A stretch of DNA of 64,000 bases, from the NCBI GenBank assembly GCA_021613535.1, contig CP075492.1, forward strand, positions 20,088,001 through 20,152,000, in the 5' to 3' direction. The position numbers were made by a program, and so were the translations under genes. The stretch's first letter is position 1; every line of letters begins with the position of its first letter. The DNA is from Adineta vaga (taxonomy: Eukaryota > Animalia > Rotifera). The notes beneath the pieces were generated by a model. It had not been told where the DNA came from and made no database searches. It worked only from the letters and a program-made list of their open reading frames with translations. Shown here piece after piece: positions 24,581 to 36,877 of this stretch.

Positions 24581-25626
24581 CTGAAATAAACAAAAATTCA
24601 TTTACACGACAGACTCAGAGTTTGTATGAGATATAGATATGGGCTTATTAAGAATATTATTTGGTTCTTTAAACAGCATTGACTTGTGAGATTGTATAGG
24701 TTATATAAAACATGTGGGCATGACAAACAATATAGATTACGTCGACTGAGGAACTTTAAATAAACTTCTTTTGCTGATTAGATAAGGACTAAAGCATCTT
24801 CAATTTATTGAGCCAGATAAAGTATCAGATAAAAGAGCGGTTTTCTTCGAATATAATATCGAGATAAAAAAATAATTTTCACTAATAGAAGTACATACTA
24901 ATATTTTTTGTCAAGTAAAAAGCAAAGTGTCGCAATTACTTATCTTTCTTTCAGAAGTGAACAATGAGGACGAAAGACGCTATTATCTGAGTAGTATGCT
25001 CGATAAAAATCCTGATAGGTAAAGATCATGATTTATCGGATGGATTGAGCAACGTGATACTTCAAAAGTTTCTTTGCTACATATTTTGCCAGAGACAGTT
25101 GCATCAATTCTTTGGTACAAAGTTTCAGCTAATCTATGCTCTAATAACATAATATCGCTCATCTTTTCAAAGGCTAAAGGTGTTCATCGCTTGGTTCTCA
25201 ATAGCAAAGGACGGGGGGGGGGGGTATAAGACCGTAAATCGGCCCATTGCAAAATCAACTTAGAAAACACATAAAACGATGCAGAATGAGACGGCGAATT
25301 TCTCTATAACAAATTCAAGTCATTTCCGTAAACGAATAAAAAAATTTAGATAGACAATACTATTTGGTATTTTCACTCAATTTTTACTGCATGATGAGAC
25401 AGTATTCTGAAGAAATCGTAACAAAATTGGTATCATATCATCTATCAAATAACTTCATTAGAAAGAGCAAGTGATTCTGCACAAACTTCTATATGAACCA
25501 TCGCCAATACATTTCGTGATTTATTAAACAAATAAATAAAATCTTAAAACAACATGTGTTCTTCTTCTCGATTAATCTTTTATATAAAGATATATTGAAA
25601 GTATTGTCTGAGTTACCAAAGTCATC

Positions 25627-25814
25627 ATGGTGTTGGAGCTGATAAAAGCGGTGCACATATTCTCGAACAGCCTGCAGTGCCTAGTGTCCTCCCAAAACGA
25701 GGCACCTGCCGTGCATGCTGCCATACATGATGAATATGCTGCTGGACCGGCATTTGCAACTGCTATAGATCCAATTAATAGAATTAGTATGATATTTCGA
25801 AGAACGAAGTTCAT
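25627..25814 (-). pseudogene. Small secreted Cys-rich peptide, frameshifted copy of 63624-63815
   Basis: Same first 41 aa, then a short deletion after ASFW. Confidence 0.7.
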
Positions 25815-26287
25815 TTTCAGTATCTAAATAAAATAATAAATCAATATTCTTCTCATCCTCATCTTCACTTCAATGTCTCCTTTTTTCCACATAAAAAGTT
25901 TTGTAAATATATTACCTTTTCTGATGGTTAGCTTGTCGATGTCTAAAACACTTTAGTTAGTATGAATTTAAATAAATAGAAAGTCGTAGTATTTATATAT
26001 TCTTCACCTAATGTAGTTGTATACTTTGTAAAAACCAGCGTATTACTCATGGTTAGGGATTTATCCCTGAACGTGAGAAGAAGGGAAAAGAAAAGAAATA
26101 ATGTTCGATGCGGTTCTTTATTCGTAAATCAAACACAAGTTACATCGAGAGAGAGAGAAGACGAAAGGAAGAGACCGACCACAAGATGGAAATTCACACA
26201 TGTTTATATACAGAGAGAAAGACAAAGCGGTAGACAGAGATGATATCTAATGATATCATCTTACAATGGATAAAGAAACACGACTGA

Positions 26288-28774
26288 CGAGGAGGTACCC
26301 GAAGTGTTTAATCGCTTTAGAGTCTATACTTTGGGCATATCGAGGGTGACGTATAGATAACAACAACCCTAAAAGGATTTGGGCCCATGTCTCTTTTAGC
26401 CTGAGATATTCAGTTTCAAGTTTCAAGTTTCATACGATAAAGGAATTTTAATCCTATACTATGTATATGTAAAAACAAAATAAGCTGTAAGTAGGAAATT
26501 CTATGATGAACTGGTTGCATCGCTAGAAATTAACTATAAAATTCAGAGTTTTTTTTTCATTTCTGTTGATCAGAGAAGCTTTTTGTATCGTATTACTCAC
26601 TATTACGAACACGATAACTCATAAAGGATATACAGCAGATGCATATCATACGCATTCTTTCACGTTGTCTTGAAAATGATAATAATCAAAAGTTCGATAT
26701 AAAGAACATGTGCTACCGTGATATTTGTTAATCGAAAAGTATTTTTATCAAACTGTTCGTTCGTTGCATTTTACATAACTAAAACTATGAGTGATGCTAG
26801 AAAAATGGAAACTCTTGATGAACCAATTACTGAGCGTGAAGAACCGGATCGTCGAAGCTTACGAGCAAATCCATTCGAAGAAAATCGTGCGTTCCCTATT
26901 AGAAATAATTGACAGCGTTAACGATGCATATCGTTTGAAGTTGAATCAGAAACAACACTCGATTTCGATGACGACGACGCATTTAGTGATTCCGAAGATG
27001 AAAATATGGACCGAGATTTCGATGAAACTGAAAATACTGAGAGTTCGCCCAACCAAATGAACTTTACCTTGGAATATATGAAAAAGGTCATTGATTACTA
27101 TAATGCTTGCGACTCAAATGGAAGAAAGAAACATACATGGAAATCAGCAAAGCATCAATTTAAGGCTGTTCCTTGCCAGCAGTGTATTTCTCGTTTTCGT
27201 CATTACATTGAACAACATGGTACAAGACGAGAGAAAATACAAACTATAGATAATTTTGTATACGACAAATTCGAAGAAGATCGCGAAAATGTTTTCTCTG
27301 TTCACGACCACGATTTGAAACGGTGAGCCCTTCAAAAAGCTGCTAAAGATTCGGTTCTAGATTTTAAAGCATCGAAACACTGGCTAGAGTCTTTTAAACA
27401 TCGTCATAATATTTGTTCGAGAAAATCTACGAAAATAATGACCCGTCATCAAATAACTGATTCTGATACTATAGACGCGTCTGCCGATTCCTTTGTAGCA
27501 AAAGTGAAACAAGAAATGAGTCATTACACACCTGAAGAAATTCTTAATACTGATCAGGCTGGCATCGAGCTAGAGATACACTCGACAAGAACTCTGTCGC
27601 ATAAAGGTGAAGATGTTACTATAGCGTAAAATCAAAGAATGCGACAACACATTCTTACACCATTCAATAATAACTCTTGCCGGTCAACTTCTCGGTCCTG
27701 TCTTTATTTGCTTAAGGGAACCAAAGGCAAAGGTGAGCGATAGTGAGTTAACTTTAATCTTTTCTTCTATAATATGCGAACGTTGTTTTTACTAGATATC
27801 AAAAAGAAACTATTTGATGCCCCAAACGTGGTTGTAACGTGTAGTTCTTCAGGAAAACTCACTGGCTCTTTGATAGAATATTGGCGAGATCACGTTCTTC
27901 GCCCATTTGCTTCATCAAATTCTCTTCTAATCTCGGACTACTGGCCGGGTCAATGAGACTCAAAGATATACTCCGCTGTTCAAGGATGTAAGAGATTAGA
28001 GATACCAGCTCATACTACGTCAGGCATTCAACCACTTGATGTCTATTTTAACAGACAATGGAAGGTATTCACTCGACGTATATTCGATCACGTTCAACTT
28101 GATGACATCGCCATCAACTTGTCTGAACGAAACAATATAGTACAATTGAATTCTGTTATTCATAATCAGGTGTCGTCGTCTCAATTTGTACCTATGATCA
28201 AGTATGCATGGTTTGCATCATGGTATGCTGATCAGGATCCAGGAAGTTTAAGTCTGTCAATGAAGTTTGCTTCAACATTGCTGCTGATGTTTGTCAACAT
28301 TCGAGCTGTCACTCGTTATGCTTTATTCAATGCAGCCATTGTCAAAACTACTCTGCTTCGAACATTTCTTTGAAGCTTACCACTATCATAAATAGATATC
28401 GGCCTTTTCTAGTGTGATACCACAGATTTCTTAGAAATGACTTTTATTAAAATAGACGGTTCATCGACTACGAGGCTTCCAAGAAAATAATTCTGATTAA
28501 CAGAAATGAAAAAAAAACTCTGAATTTTATAGTTAATTTCTAGCGATGCAACCAGTTCATCATAGAATTTCCTACTTACAGCTTATTTTTGTTTTACAAT
28601 ATACATAGTATAGGATTAAAATTCCTTTTATCGTATGAAACTTGAAACTTGAATATCTCAGGCTAAAAGAGACATGGGCCCAAATCCTTTTAGGGTTGTT
28701 GTTATCTATACGTCACCTCGATATGCCCAAAGTATAGACTCTAAAGCGATTAAACACTTCGGGTACCTCCCTCG
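26288..28774 (+). mobile_element. pogo-like (Tc1/mariner superfamily) transposon with ~285-bp TIRs and a defective transposase
   Basis: TIR cgagg(g)aggtacccgaagtg... mirrored at ~28490-28774 and followed by TA. CENPB-HTH FKASKHWLESFKHRH; DDE motifs LNTDQ, ISDYW and IQPLDV. Internal stops at 27324 and 27954. Confidence 0.88.
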
Positions 28775-29992
28775 TAAGTTTAATTTTGCCTATGACATAT
28801 ATGTATATGTGACCATGGAGAATGGAAAAGAACCATATATCATGACGGGTTGAATGGTTTATTTTCCAAACACGCCATACCTTCTTTTATTCGCTAGTAG
28901 AATAAAGGAAAGAAATACCAACATAAGTGAGTTACGCTATAACAATAAGTTATCTGGAAAAGAGTGGTGATATTGGCCTTGTTCGAATCACAATAGGTAA
29001 TTTCCTTTTGGAGATAGATTCTTCCCATTCGTTAACATAACATTAGTCATGAGCAAGGCCATCAAGGTGATTAACTCAAGAGAGAGACTAGGACTATTTA
29101 CTGTGGTTCTTTTCCCTTTCGTTTCGACATGTCTTTCATATATATATATATATATATATATACTGACAAACGTATTGTTATTATTTGGTATTACTGTAAT
29201 CTAGTGTGGATAAGGTAAGGTTGTAAAAACAACTAGCGGTCATCCTTTAGATTCGCTGACCCTTTTCTGAAAAGAATTATAATAAGACTGAGGATATTTC
29301 GATAGTTCGATTAACAAAGAACTCAAAGAGCATCTTGCGACACTCTTCAGTCAAAATAAGACTTATACGAGAGAATTTACTAGTTTCGTTGTGGCGAGAA
29401 AACTTCTGTAGTGCCCGATGTATCAATGTCATTTGGAATAGATGTAGCTTCGAAATTCTCGTTGAAATCAACGGAATTGGCGAGATAAAGACGATGTATA
29501 AGAAATAGAATAGAATATTGTTTGATCCTCAGAACATGAAGCAGTAGTGGCGATGGTAGGATGCAGAGATTCGGGTATCAGTAGTGAAAAGGCGATGACC
29601 ACATTTGGACCCATTTGTTGTTCATCAATGCGCGGTTTTATGAGAAGAGACGAAATAACACTCAATAATGTGACGTTTCTCGGAATTTGTCTTTCAATTT
29701 CAAACTAGTTTTCATCAAGAAAAAGGCAAACATAGTAACTTCAATTGTAGTAGACTGTTTAAGCAGCCAACAAAAAACCTAATAAAACTGTTTTAGTTGA
29801 AACTGCCCTTACTCGACACAGTTCTTCCGTATAAGAATCAACGATTGCTTCAAAACTCTTTACAAGAGTTTAAAAGAGCTAAAATTCCGGAGAAAGGGGC
29901 TCAGCCCTCTTCGCCCCCTCCCCTCTCCCATTGGCGCCACCGCTACTTAGCTGCATTATTCACATTTCAGATCTTCATCGTTTCATCTAAAA

Positions 29993-31002
29993 ATGTCACC
30001 GGGATCCCACCGTAATATGGACAAAATCGATGAGATAATCTATCTGGGCAATCTCGACGCACTGGTTCACCTGCAGATCCTTCACTCATGTTATCAGTGT
30101 CCTTGGTGACAAATCAGGTTTGCCAAACGATCGTATTGTACAAGAGCATTTATTCATCGAAGCCGAAGATCACCCTGAAGAAGATCTGATGTCACAGTTT
30201 GGAATATGCTATGATTTCCTTACCAATGCAATGAGTCAGTATTCCAAGCCAAAATATTCGTCCACTGTCGTGCTGGCATCAGTCGAAGTCCAACGATTGT
30301 CATGATGTTTTAATTAGAAAAATCGATGGAGTTTTAGCGCAGCTTACGAATATTTAAAGAAAACGACCGGTGGTTTCTATCAATTCAGGTAAGAATAGTC
30401 TAGAGGAACATTCCAGTCAAAGAAGTCATTTTACTTTGAGCATCATAAGTTCGAAAAGTAGAAAGGTTATGGAGAATCGAATAGACTAAGCAGAATCATT
30501 TGCATGATTTAATGCGCAAAAGCTAAGCGAAATGTTTCTTTCGACTGTCTGCGTTTTTGGCTTTTATCATTCATAAGAGACAAACATCATTTTCTCATCA
30601 ACATGCCATTATTGTTCTCAAAGCTAATGTCAAGATTGATGCATTTTCGGCTAAAAATAAGCAAAAGCGCATCAACCTTTGTTCATGGTCTTTGTTGTGA
30701 CCAGTAAGATTTTTCTACGATGAAAAAACTAAACAGAGGATGAAATATCCTCAAAGACTCATGACGCTTAAATCAGCGTATGAATGTGGTGTATGCTCTG
30801 ATAAATCTTTTCTCGCTTATACCTCCGCGAGAATTTAATGCTCGTTATAAGCAAATATATTCCTGTATTCGTTCTTAAACTCTTTTCCATAGATCAACAG
30901 TGTTAGGATTTATCCCTTAGTTTATCTTATGTTATCAATGAAAGAAAGAAAAGACGAAAAAAAGAACGAGAAGAAGAATCTCTCGTAAGTAAAAGTGACA
31001 GG

Positions 31003-31051
<49 letters not shown>

Positions 31052-32153
31052 AAACAAAGAGATGGACGAGAAGATATCTTATGATATCATTTTAACAAAC
31101 GAGTAGTGCCTGGAAAGATGTATAGGCGATAACAAGAATGAAAGTGATTTGAAAGACATGTGAGTCATGGACCCGTCACAAACAGAATCAATCTTTATTC
31201 AAGGGTTCATGACATGATACTAAACCGGGTATTTGTAGATTGATGTTATGTAAGTATGAAAAAAGATCCTAGAACAGAAGAAAATAATACAATGATACAT
31301 CCGTTGGTAACCAGGGACAAACACTCGTATAGTTATAAACGGAAAAAGGATTTATCAGTGGGTACATCACATTGATAAGCTGATTTAAGTGCCATAAACC
31401 TGTTTTACAAGTATATCATTGTCTGCTTTTTTGCAGTGAACTTCGATATGTTAGTAATAACCTAATCATTTTGATTGGTCAATGTTTCACTATATAGTAC
31501 GTGATGAAATCCTAAATCATAATGAGTTAGGGAAACAGATCACTGAACTCTTGTTTCAAAAAGACAAAACCAGAGTATCATGATTTTCCAAGTCAGTCGT
31601 GAGCAGTTTAGTTGAGTGAATATATATCGAAATAAAAAGCACTTGCACATCTACATACACAATAAGTATTACATCTGTCAGGGCTAATTCCCAAATAAAT
31701 CACATTTGAAATCACTTTTAATGGTAGAGAAATTACTATTAAGAAAAAAGAATTTTTTCTCAAGTTTTTTTTGCAAACACCTGTATAAATTTTCGGTTTT
31801 GTTCTGATATATCATATTTTGAACAATGAGATGTCAACCATAATCGAAATGCTCTAACGAACCTACTCTTTTTGTTTTATATAGGTTTCAAAGAGCAACT
31901 GAAGAAATTTGCTACCATGATGAAAAGACTGGAGCCGGGATACTATTTTGAAGGTCCAGGTTTTGAAAAAATCTTGGGAAGAAGAGGAGACAGAAAATTG
32001 ATTCCGTACGAACGAAAATTAAGAAGATCATCGTCATATGAGTCCAGTTTATACGAGTCAGACTCGGACGAAGAAGATGTTCTTATTGCGTTCGGTTACC
32101 TAAATACAACCGATTGCATTACAAACGGTGGTTGCATTACTGTTAGGAAGTGA
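29993..32153 (+). pseudogene. Dual-specificity phosphatase, left-arm copy with frameshifts (exons 29993-30388, 31885-32153)
   Basis: Mirror of 57196-59365 with several small deletions, possibly sequencing errors. Confidence 0.7.
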
Positions 32154-33729
32154 TTGACTATGTTAGCGTCAACGGTTGTTACTTTATGACGCTATCTTGT
32201 ACACATATACTTGTATATGTGTTTTCTTTTCTTTCCTCTTCTATACTTCATTTTAGTCAATACATACACGTTTTCTTTCTTTCTTTTGGATTGTAGCTCT
32301 CTCTTGATCATCATGTCTTCATGATGATCTTCTTTGTTATATCTTCTCTTTCGTTTTCATCTCTTTTCATCGTGTTATTATTTTTCATTTTTACTTTATT
32401 TTCCCTGTCTATGTCTCGTTATACATATAGAAATGTTTTTCTATTTTCATCTCAGTTATTGTTATTATTTTTTTTCTGTCTTTGTTTATCCCCAAATAAA
32501 CGTGGTCATCAGCATCACTTATCTTCTGTTCTTTATTACTGTGTCTGGTAGGATTATTACTTTATATTTTTGGTGAGATTTCTCGATCATTGTAGTTCTG
32601 GCCTTTCGTAGATATCGGAGGTTAGAGTTTAGTCACATCCCATCTCGAGTACCTCACAATTGGTGGAGAAGTTGGGCAACTTTCGCCTTGTTCGTCATAG
32701 TGCATATATATATATATATGTGTAATCAACTTTACCTAAAATCGTTGCATTACTGACATAATCTCAAAAACAAAAACCTCGAAAGCAAAAATATCGAAAA
32801 TATATTGTCGAAAAATAATTCTCATTACGAATGGAAACATGAAATCTAAGATGATCAGAATTTAAAATTTAATATTTTTCACAGCAAAATATGATACAAT
32901 TCGTGTGTTTATGATAAACTGATTTGTATATGATTCATCTTCAATTACTATTGGTTCATTTTCTTTCATTTATCGAGGATTTAACCATTATAACACTTAA
33001 AATACTTATTGATATTAGTTATGATATCTAATCAGATTTCTTTTACTAATACAGGCTGTTATTCTTTATTCATATAGATATATTCTATCTTTCTTTCGTT
33101 TGTCGAGGCGTCTTTTCTTTGTCTTCGTAATATATTTAACTTTTCGTTCACTCCTGCGTTTACATCGATCAGTCAATACAAACTATTTACATTCCTCTAC
33201 ACCGCTCCTATCCTCTATAAATACAGCTCATTTTATTGTTCTTCTATCATCTCTCTCCATTTTTTCATCTTACAACTATGTCACCGTCCGATTCAAACAA
33301 ACAACCGACCAACCATTATGTTCATCACAAGCAACAAGAAAAAGCGTCTTCTCGTTATCGATGGTTTTATTTTCCAACAAAACAAATGTACGGACAAGGT
33401 TACCTATGGGGTCTGTCAGAGAAAATGTGTGATATGGGTGTTCATCTTAATAATAATGATTTATTCATTAAATTTACAAAACCTAATCATACACATATGC
33501 CTGCAGAAATTCGAAGTTCCAAAATGTTATTGAAGGTGAAAAGTCATATCAGTTGTGAGACAACCGCTGTTGGTAAAATCTATATTGAAGAACTTTCTCG
33601 AAGCAATCTGTCAACAACAGCACTTGTTATCGCTAATACAGCTAAAGAAGCCAGTGTGTAAAAGGTCGTTGCTCAAAAAACATTCTTCACTTTTAGATCA
33701 TGGATTACATCAAGTTCGTCGTCAAGATA

Positions 33730-34594
33730 TTAGGTTGTCCACAAAGTTCGTGCAACTATTGTTCTGCTGCAAGCGTGAAACATATGGTTTCCAAGCATTG
33801 TGTAGAGCGTCCATTTTAGGATGGTACACCGATGTTGACTTAACTACTTCATTGTCTTCTTGAAGAAAATAATGACATTTAACACTCCGATGTGTCATTT
33901 TCAAATATAATGCTAGTACCAGTACTTTAGTGTCTATGCATCTACTACTTAGATAGGATCTGCAAGTAAGATTTATAGGATAAAGTACAATTTCATACGG
34001 CGCAGAATCTACAGCGGTCAAAATAAAAAAATGTTGCTTTCAAATTTTCAAGTCTTCCAGATGAAGTATTGAGGGTGCTCAGAGATCGTTGGAATAATCT
34101 TTCATATCTGATCATAGAATCTCGAAATTCAGAGATTGCCTGTTGAAGAGTAACGAAAATTCTATGTGTGGGTGAATTTTCAGACGATCGAACGAGATTT
34201 CGAAGTGGTGCGCAAATATTTTGACAAAAAATGCGCATTTTATTTTCGAGTTTTGCGCCTCCATATTGCATCGTCCTCAAAATGGGTTTCCGACACTTAA
34301 CCGATTGAAACTTCAAACCAACATAGTACACCATGAAGCCTTCGATCAGCTCTACAAAACTATGAATCAATTTCTGAAACATACATCTCATTGATATTTA
34401 ACTTGAAGTATGACATCTAAAACATGGATACATCTGGGTGTTAAAATGTCATTATTTTCTCCAAGAAGACAATGAAGTAGTTAGGTCAACATTGGTGTAC
34501 CATCCTAAAAATGGACGCTCTACACAATGCTGGAAACCATATGTTTCACGCTTGCAGTAGAATAGTAGTTGCACGAACTTTGTGGACAACCTGA
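33730..34594. mobile_element. Non-autonomous mariner-type element with ~165-bp TIRs and TA target duplication, inserted in the MULE CDS
   Basis: TA-ttaggttgtccacaaagttcgtgcaac...gttgcacgaactttgtggacaacctga-TA. Removing it restores RQDTSNLPSSMNFDIP. Confidence 0.9.
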
Positions 34595-35106
34595 TACATC
34601 AAATCTTCCATCATCAATGAACTTTGATATTCCATTATATTATAAAAAAAACAACTGATGGTCAACGGTATTTACTTTCTGATTGAATTCAATCTGTTGA
34701 TGGAATTGTTAGTAAACGTATTATTGTTTATGCAACAGATGAACAACTTCGTCTCCTATTTACATCATCACATATTATGACGGATGGTACATTTGATACT
34801 TGTCCGCCGCATTTTGATCAAATTTATTCTATTCATGCGGTCAAAAATAGTCAAAGTAAATTATTTTTATCATACTTGTAAATGACTTCTATCAAATATC
34901 TTAAAATAGGTTATCTCTCGGTCATTTCTATTCTTTGTGGTCGATCTAGTGTCATTTACAAAGAATTATTTTCAATACCCACTAATCACGCTCATCGTCG
35001 TGGATTAACATTCAATCCTAAAATCATAACAACTGATTTTGAAACAACTATGATTAAATCAATAGCCGATGAATTGAGTCCCTTCATATATTCTCTTTTT
35101 CATTGA

Positions 35107-35928
35107 TTTTTGTGTACTCAAAAAGTGAGTACACTACTAAAATCGGTCTGTATGTCCGTCCGTCCGTTCGTTTATCCGATAACTCTCGAAAAGTTTGCGC
35201 TATTGACAGGAATTTTTCTTCCGCAGGTTGGTCTCATGAATATCTCGGTCGAGTTCGAAGATGAGAAGGATCCGTCAAGAAATGGCTGAGATATCGTAAA
35301 AATTCTAAAAAATGACCCCATGAGTCGTGAGGGAGAGTACAGGGATTTTCAAAAACAAACTTTTTTCCGCCACATATATTGCTGTAGTCAGCTTCAAGAC
35401 AGCAACCACGTCTTGAAAAGCTGTTCTATGCAGGTAACCTTGGGACCTCATAGGCTATACTACCTGCGTACCCTTAGGTCCTCATGTCCTATACTATAGA
35501 AGTACCCTTCGATCCTCAAGTCCCATACTATGGGGGTACCCTTAGGTCCTCAACTCCTATACTATGGGGGTACCCTTGGATCCTCATGTCCTATATTATG
35601 AGGGACCCTTGGGTCCTCAAGTCCTATACTTTGGGGTAGCCATGGCTTCTTTTATGCTATAGCGCGGAGATGGCTCGGGTTCTCCAGTTTTAAGCGATGA
35701 TGGTATTCTGGAGTTTTGCATGAACTCTCTCTAGCTGTCATGAAATTGTCTCGGAAGTAGCGTTATAGGAAGATCTCGTTTGGGTTCGCAATACTCGGCT
35801 GCCCGGACGTGTCTTTTGTTACTCATTGTACAATCTTGATATGACACTTAGAGTGCTTTGTAGCTTAAGTCTCATACACTTTTTAGAGTACACATAACTT
35901 TCGGATAAAATCCGAAGTTTTCGCATTT
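35107..35928 (+). mobile_element. DINE-1/HINE-like non-autonomous Helentron inside the MULE
   Basis: 5' subTIR hairpin gtgtactc-aaaaagt-gagtacac, (gtcc)n microsatellite, central 34-bp tandem repeats, 3' gagtacac plus stem-loop ttcggataaaatccgaa, T-rich target. Confidence 0.75.
35433..35645. repeat. ~6 copies of a ~34-bp tandem repeat
   Basis: Unit like gtacccttaggtcctcaagtcctatactatgggg. Confidence 0.9.
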
Positions 35929-36877
35929 ATTTTCACAATCTTTAGTTTCCTAATGCAGACATGATGGTTGTTATTTTCATTTTATGAATTCAATTGTTAT
36001 ACAAATTCAAAGTCTTAATCTTGTTATCGTATATCGTGACGATGAGATTGCACGTTCTATTGTACGTCAACTCATGATACTTCCTCTCATTCCTCTTAAT
36101 CAAATTCAATCGGTGTTCGGTCAAATTGTTATTACAGCACCTGATGTGATAAAACCATTAGTTGATTATTTCGAAGGTTATTGGATCAGAAAAATGCGGT
36201 GGACTTAATGGAATGTTCATGGAATGGAATTTCGAACGAACAATTTTGTAGAGGGTAAAGATTTCTTCTTTTGCTAAAGTAATTGCTCTCATTAGGTTGG
36301 AATCATCGATTTAACCGTTTGATTGGAAAGTTCCATCCGAACGTGTGGCATTTGTTCGATTGCTTTCGTATGGAAGAAGTATATGTACGACAAGCGATGT
36401 TAAAAACAATCATGGAGGAGAAAAAGCAAGTCAAGAACAAAGCGACTATTTTTCAAGAACGACTCGATTCTCTTCAATCTTAATTTGATAACAAAACGAT
36501 TGCAATCGACGCATTTACTCAAGGATTAACTCTTGATAGCAACAAAAATTTAATTTTTTTAATTCTAATTACGTTTAAACGTTGTATGTGATGAACAAAT
36601 TATCACGAATATTCTACATGAAAATAAAATAAACTATATTACCTTACAAATACTGTTCTACTATTAACTGTCATGATTCTAACTTGTTCTATTATTATAA
36701 ATATTTTTCGATATTTTTGATTTTCGATTTTTTTTGCTTTCGATATTGCACGTTTTCGAGATTAGAAATTTTCGGAATATTTCTTTTTCGAGATTTTATT
36801 TTCGAAATTTTTGCTTTCGAGATTTTTTTTCGCGATTTTGTCAGCATACCGAGATCTAGTGTGTTCTATAAAATTTG

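Larger units (their letters stand above)
25504..32840. repeat. Left arm of ~7.3 kb inverted duplication
   Basis: Reverse complement of 56522-63941; the same ORFs appear in mirrored order. Confidence 0.95.
32747..36850 (+). mobile_element. Degenerate Mutator-like element (FLYWCH + MULE DDE transposase, introns)
   Basis: Imperfect TIRs with tcgaaa subrepeats. LLVIDGFIFQQN (FLYWCH-like), MTDGTFDTCPPHFDQIYSIH, TTDFE, LVDYFEGYWI and RTNNFVEG/WNHRFN..HPNVW. Confidence 0.85.

Noticed and set aside
35433-35645. 34-bp repeats as a CRISPR array
   Set aside because: Head-to-tail with no unique spacers, no cas genes, eukaryotic context.
36851-36877. CTAG as the Helitron 3' end
   Set aside because: No preceding hairpin and it abuts the MULE TIR; may be chance.
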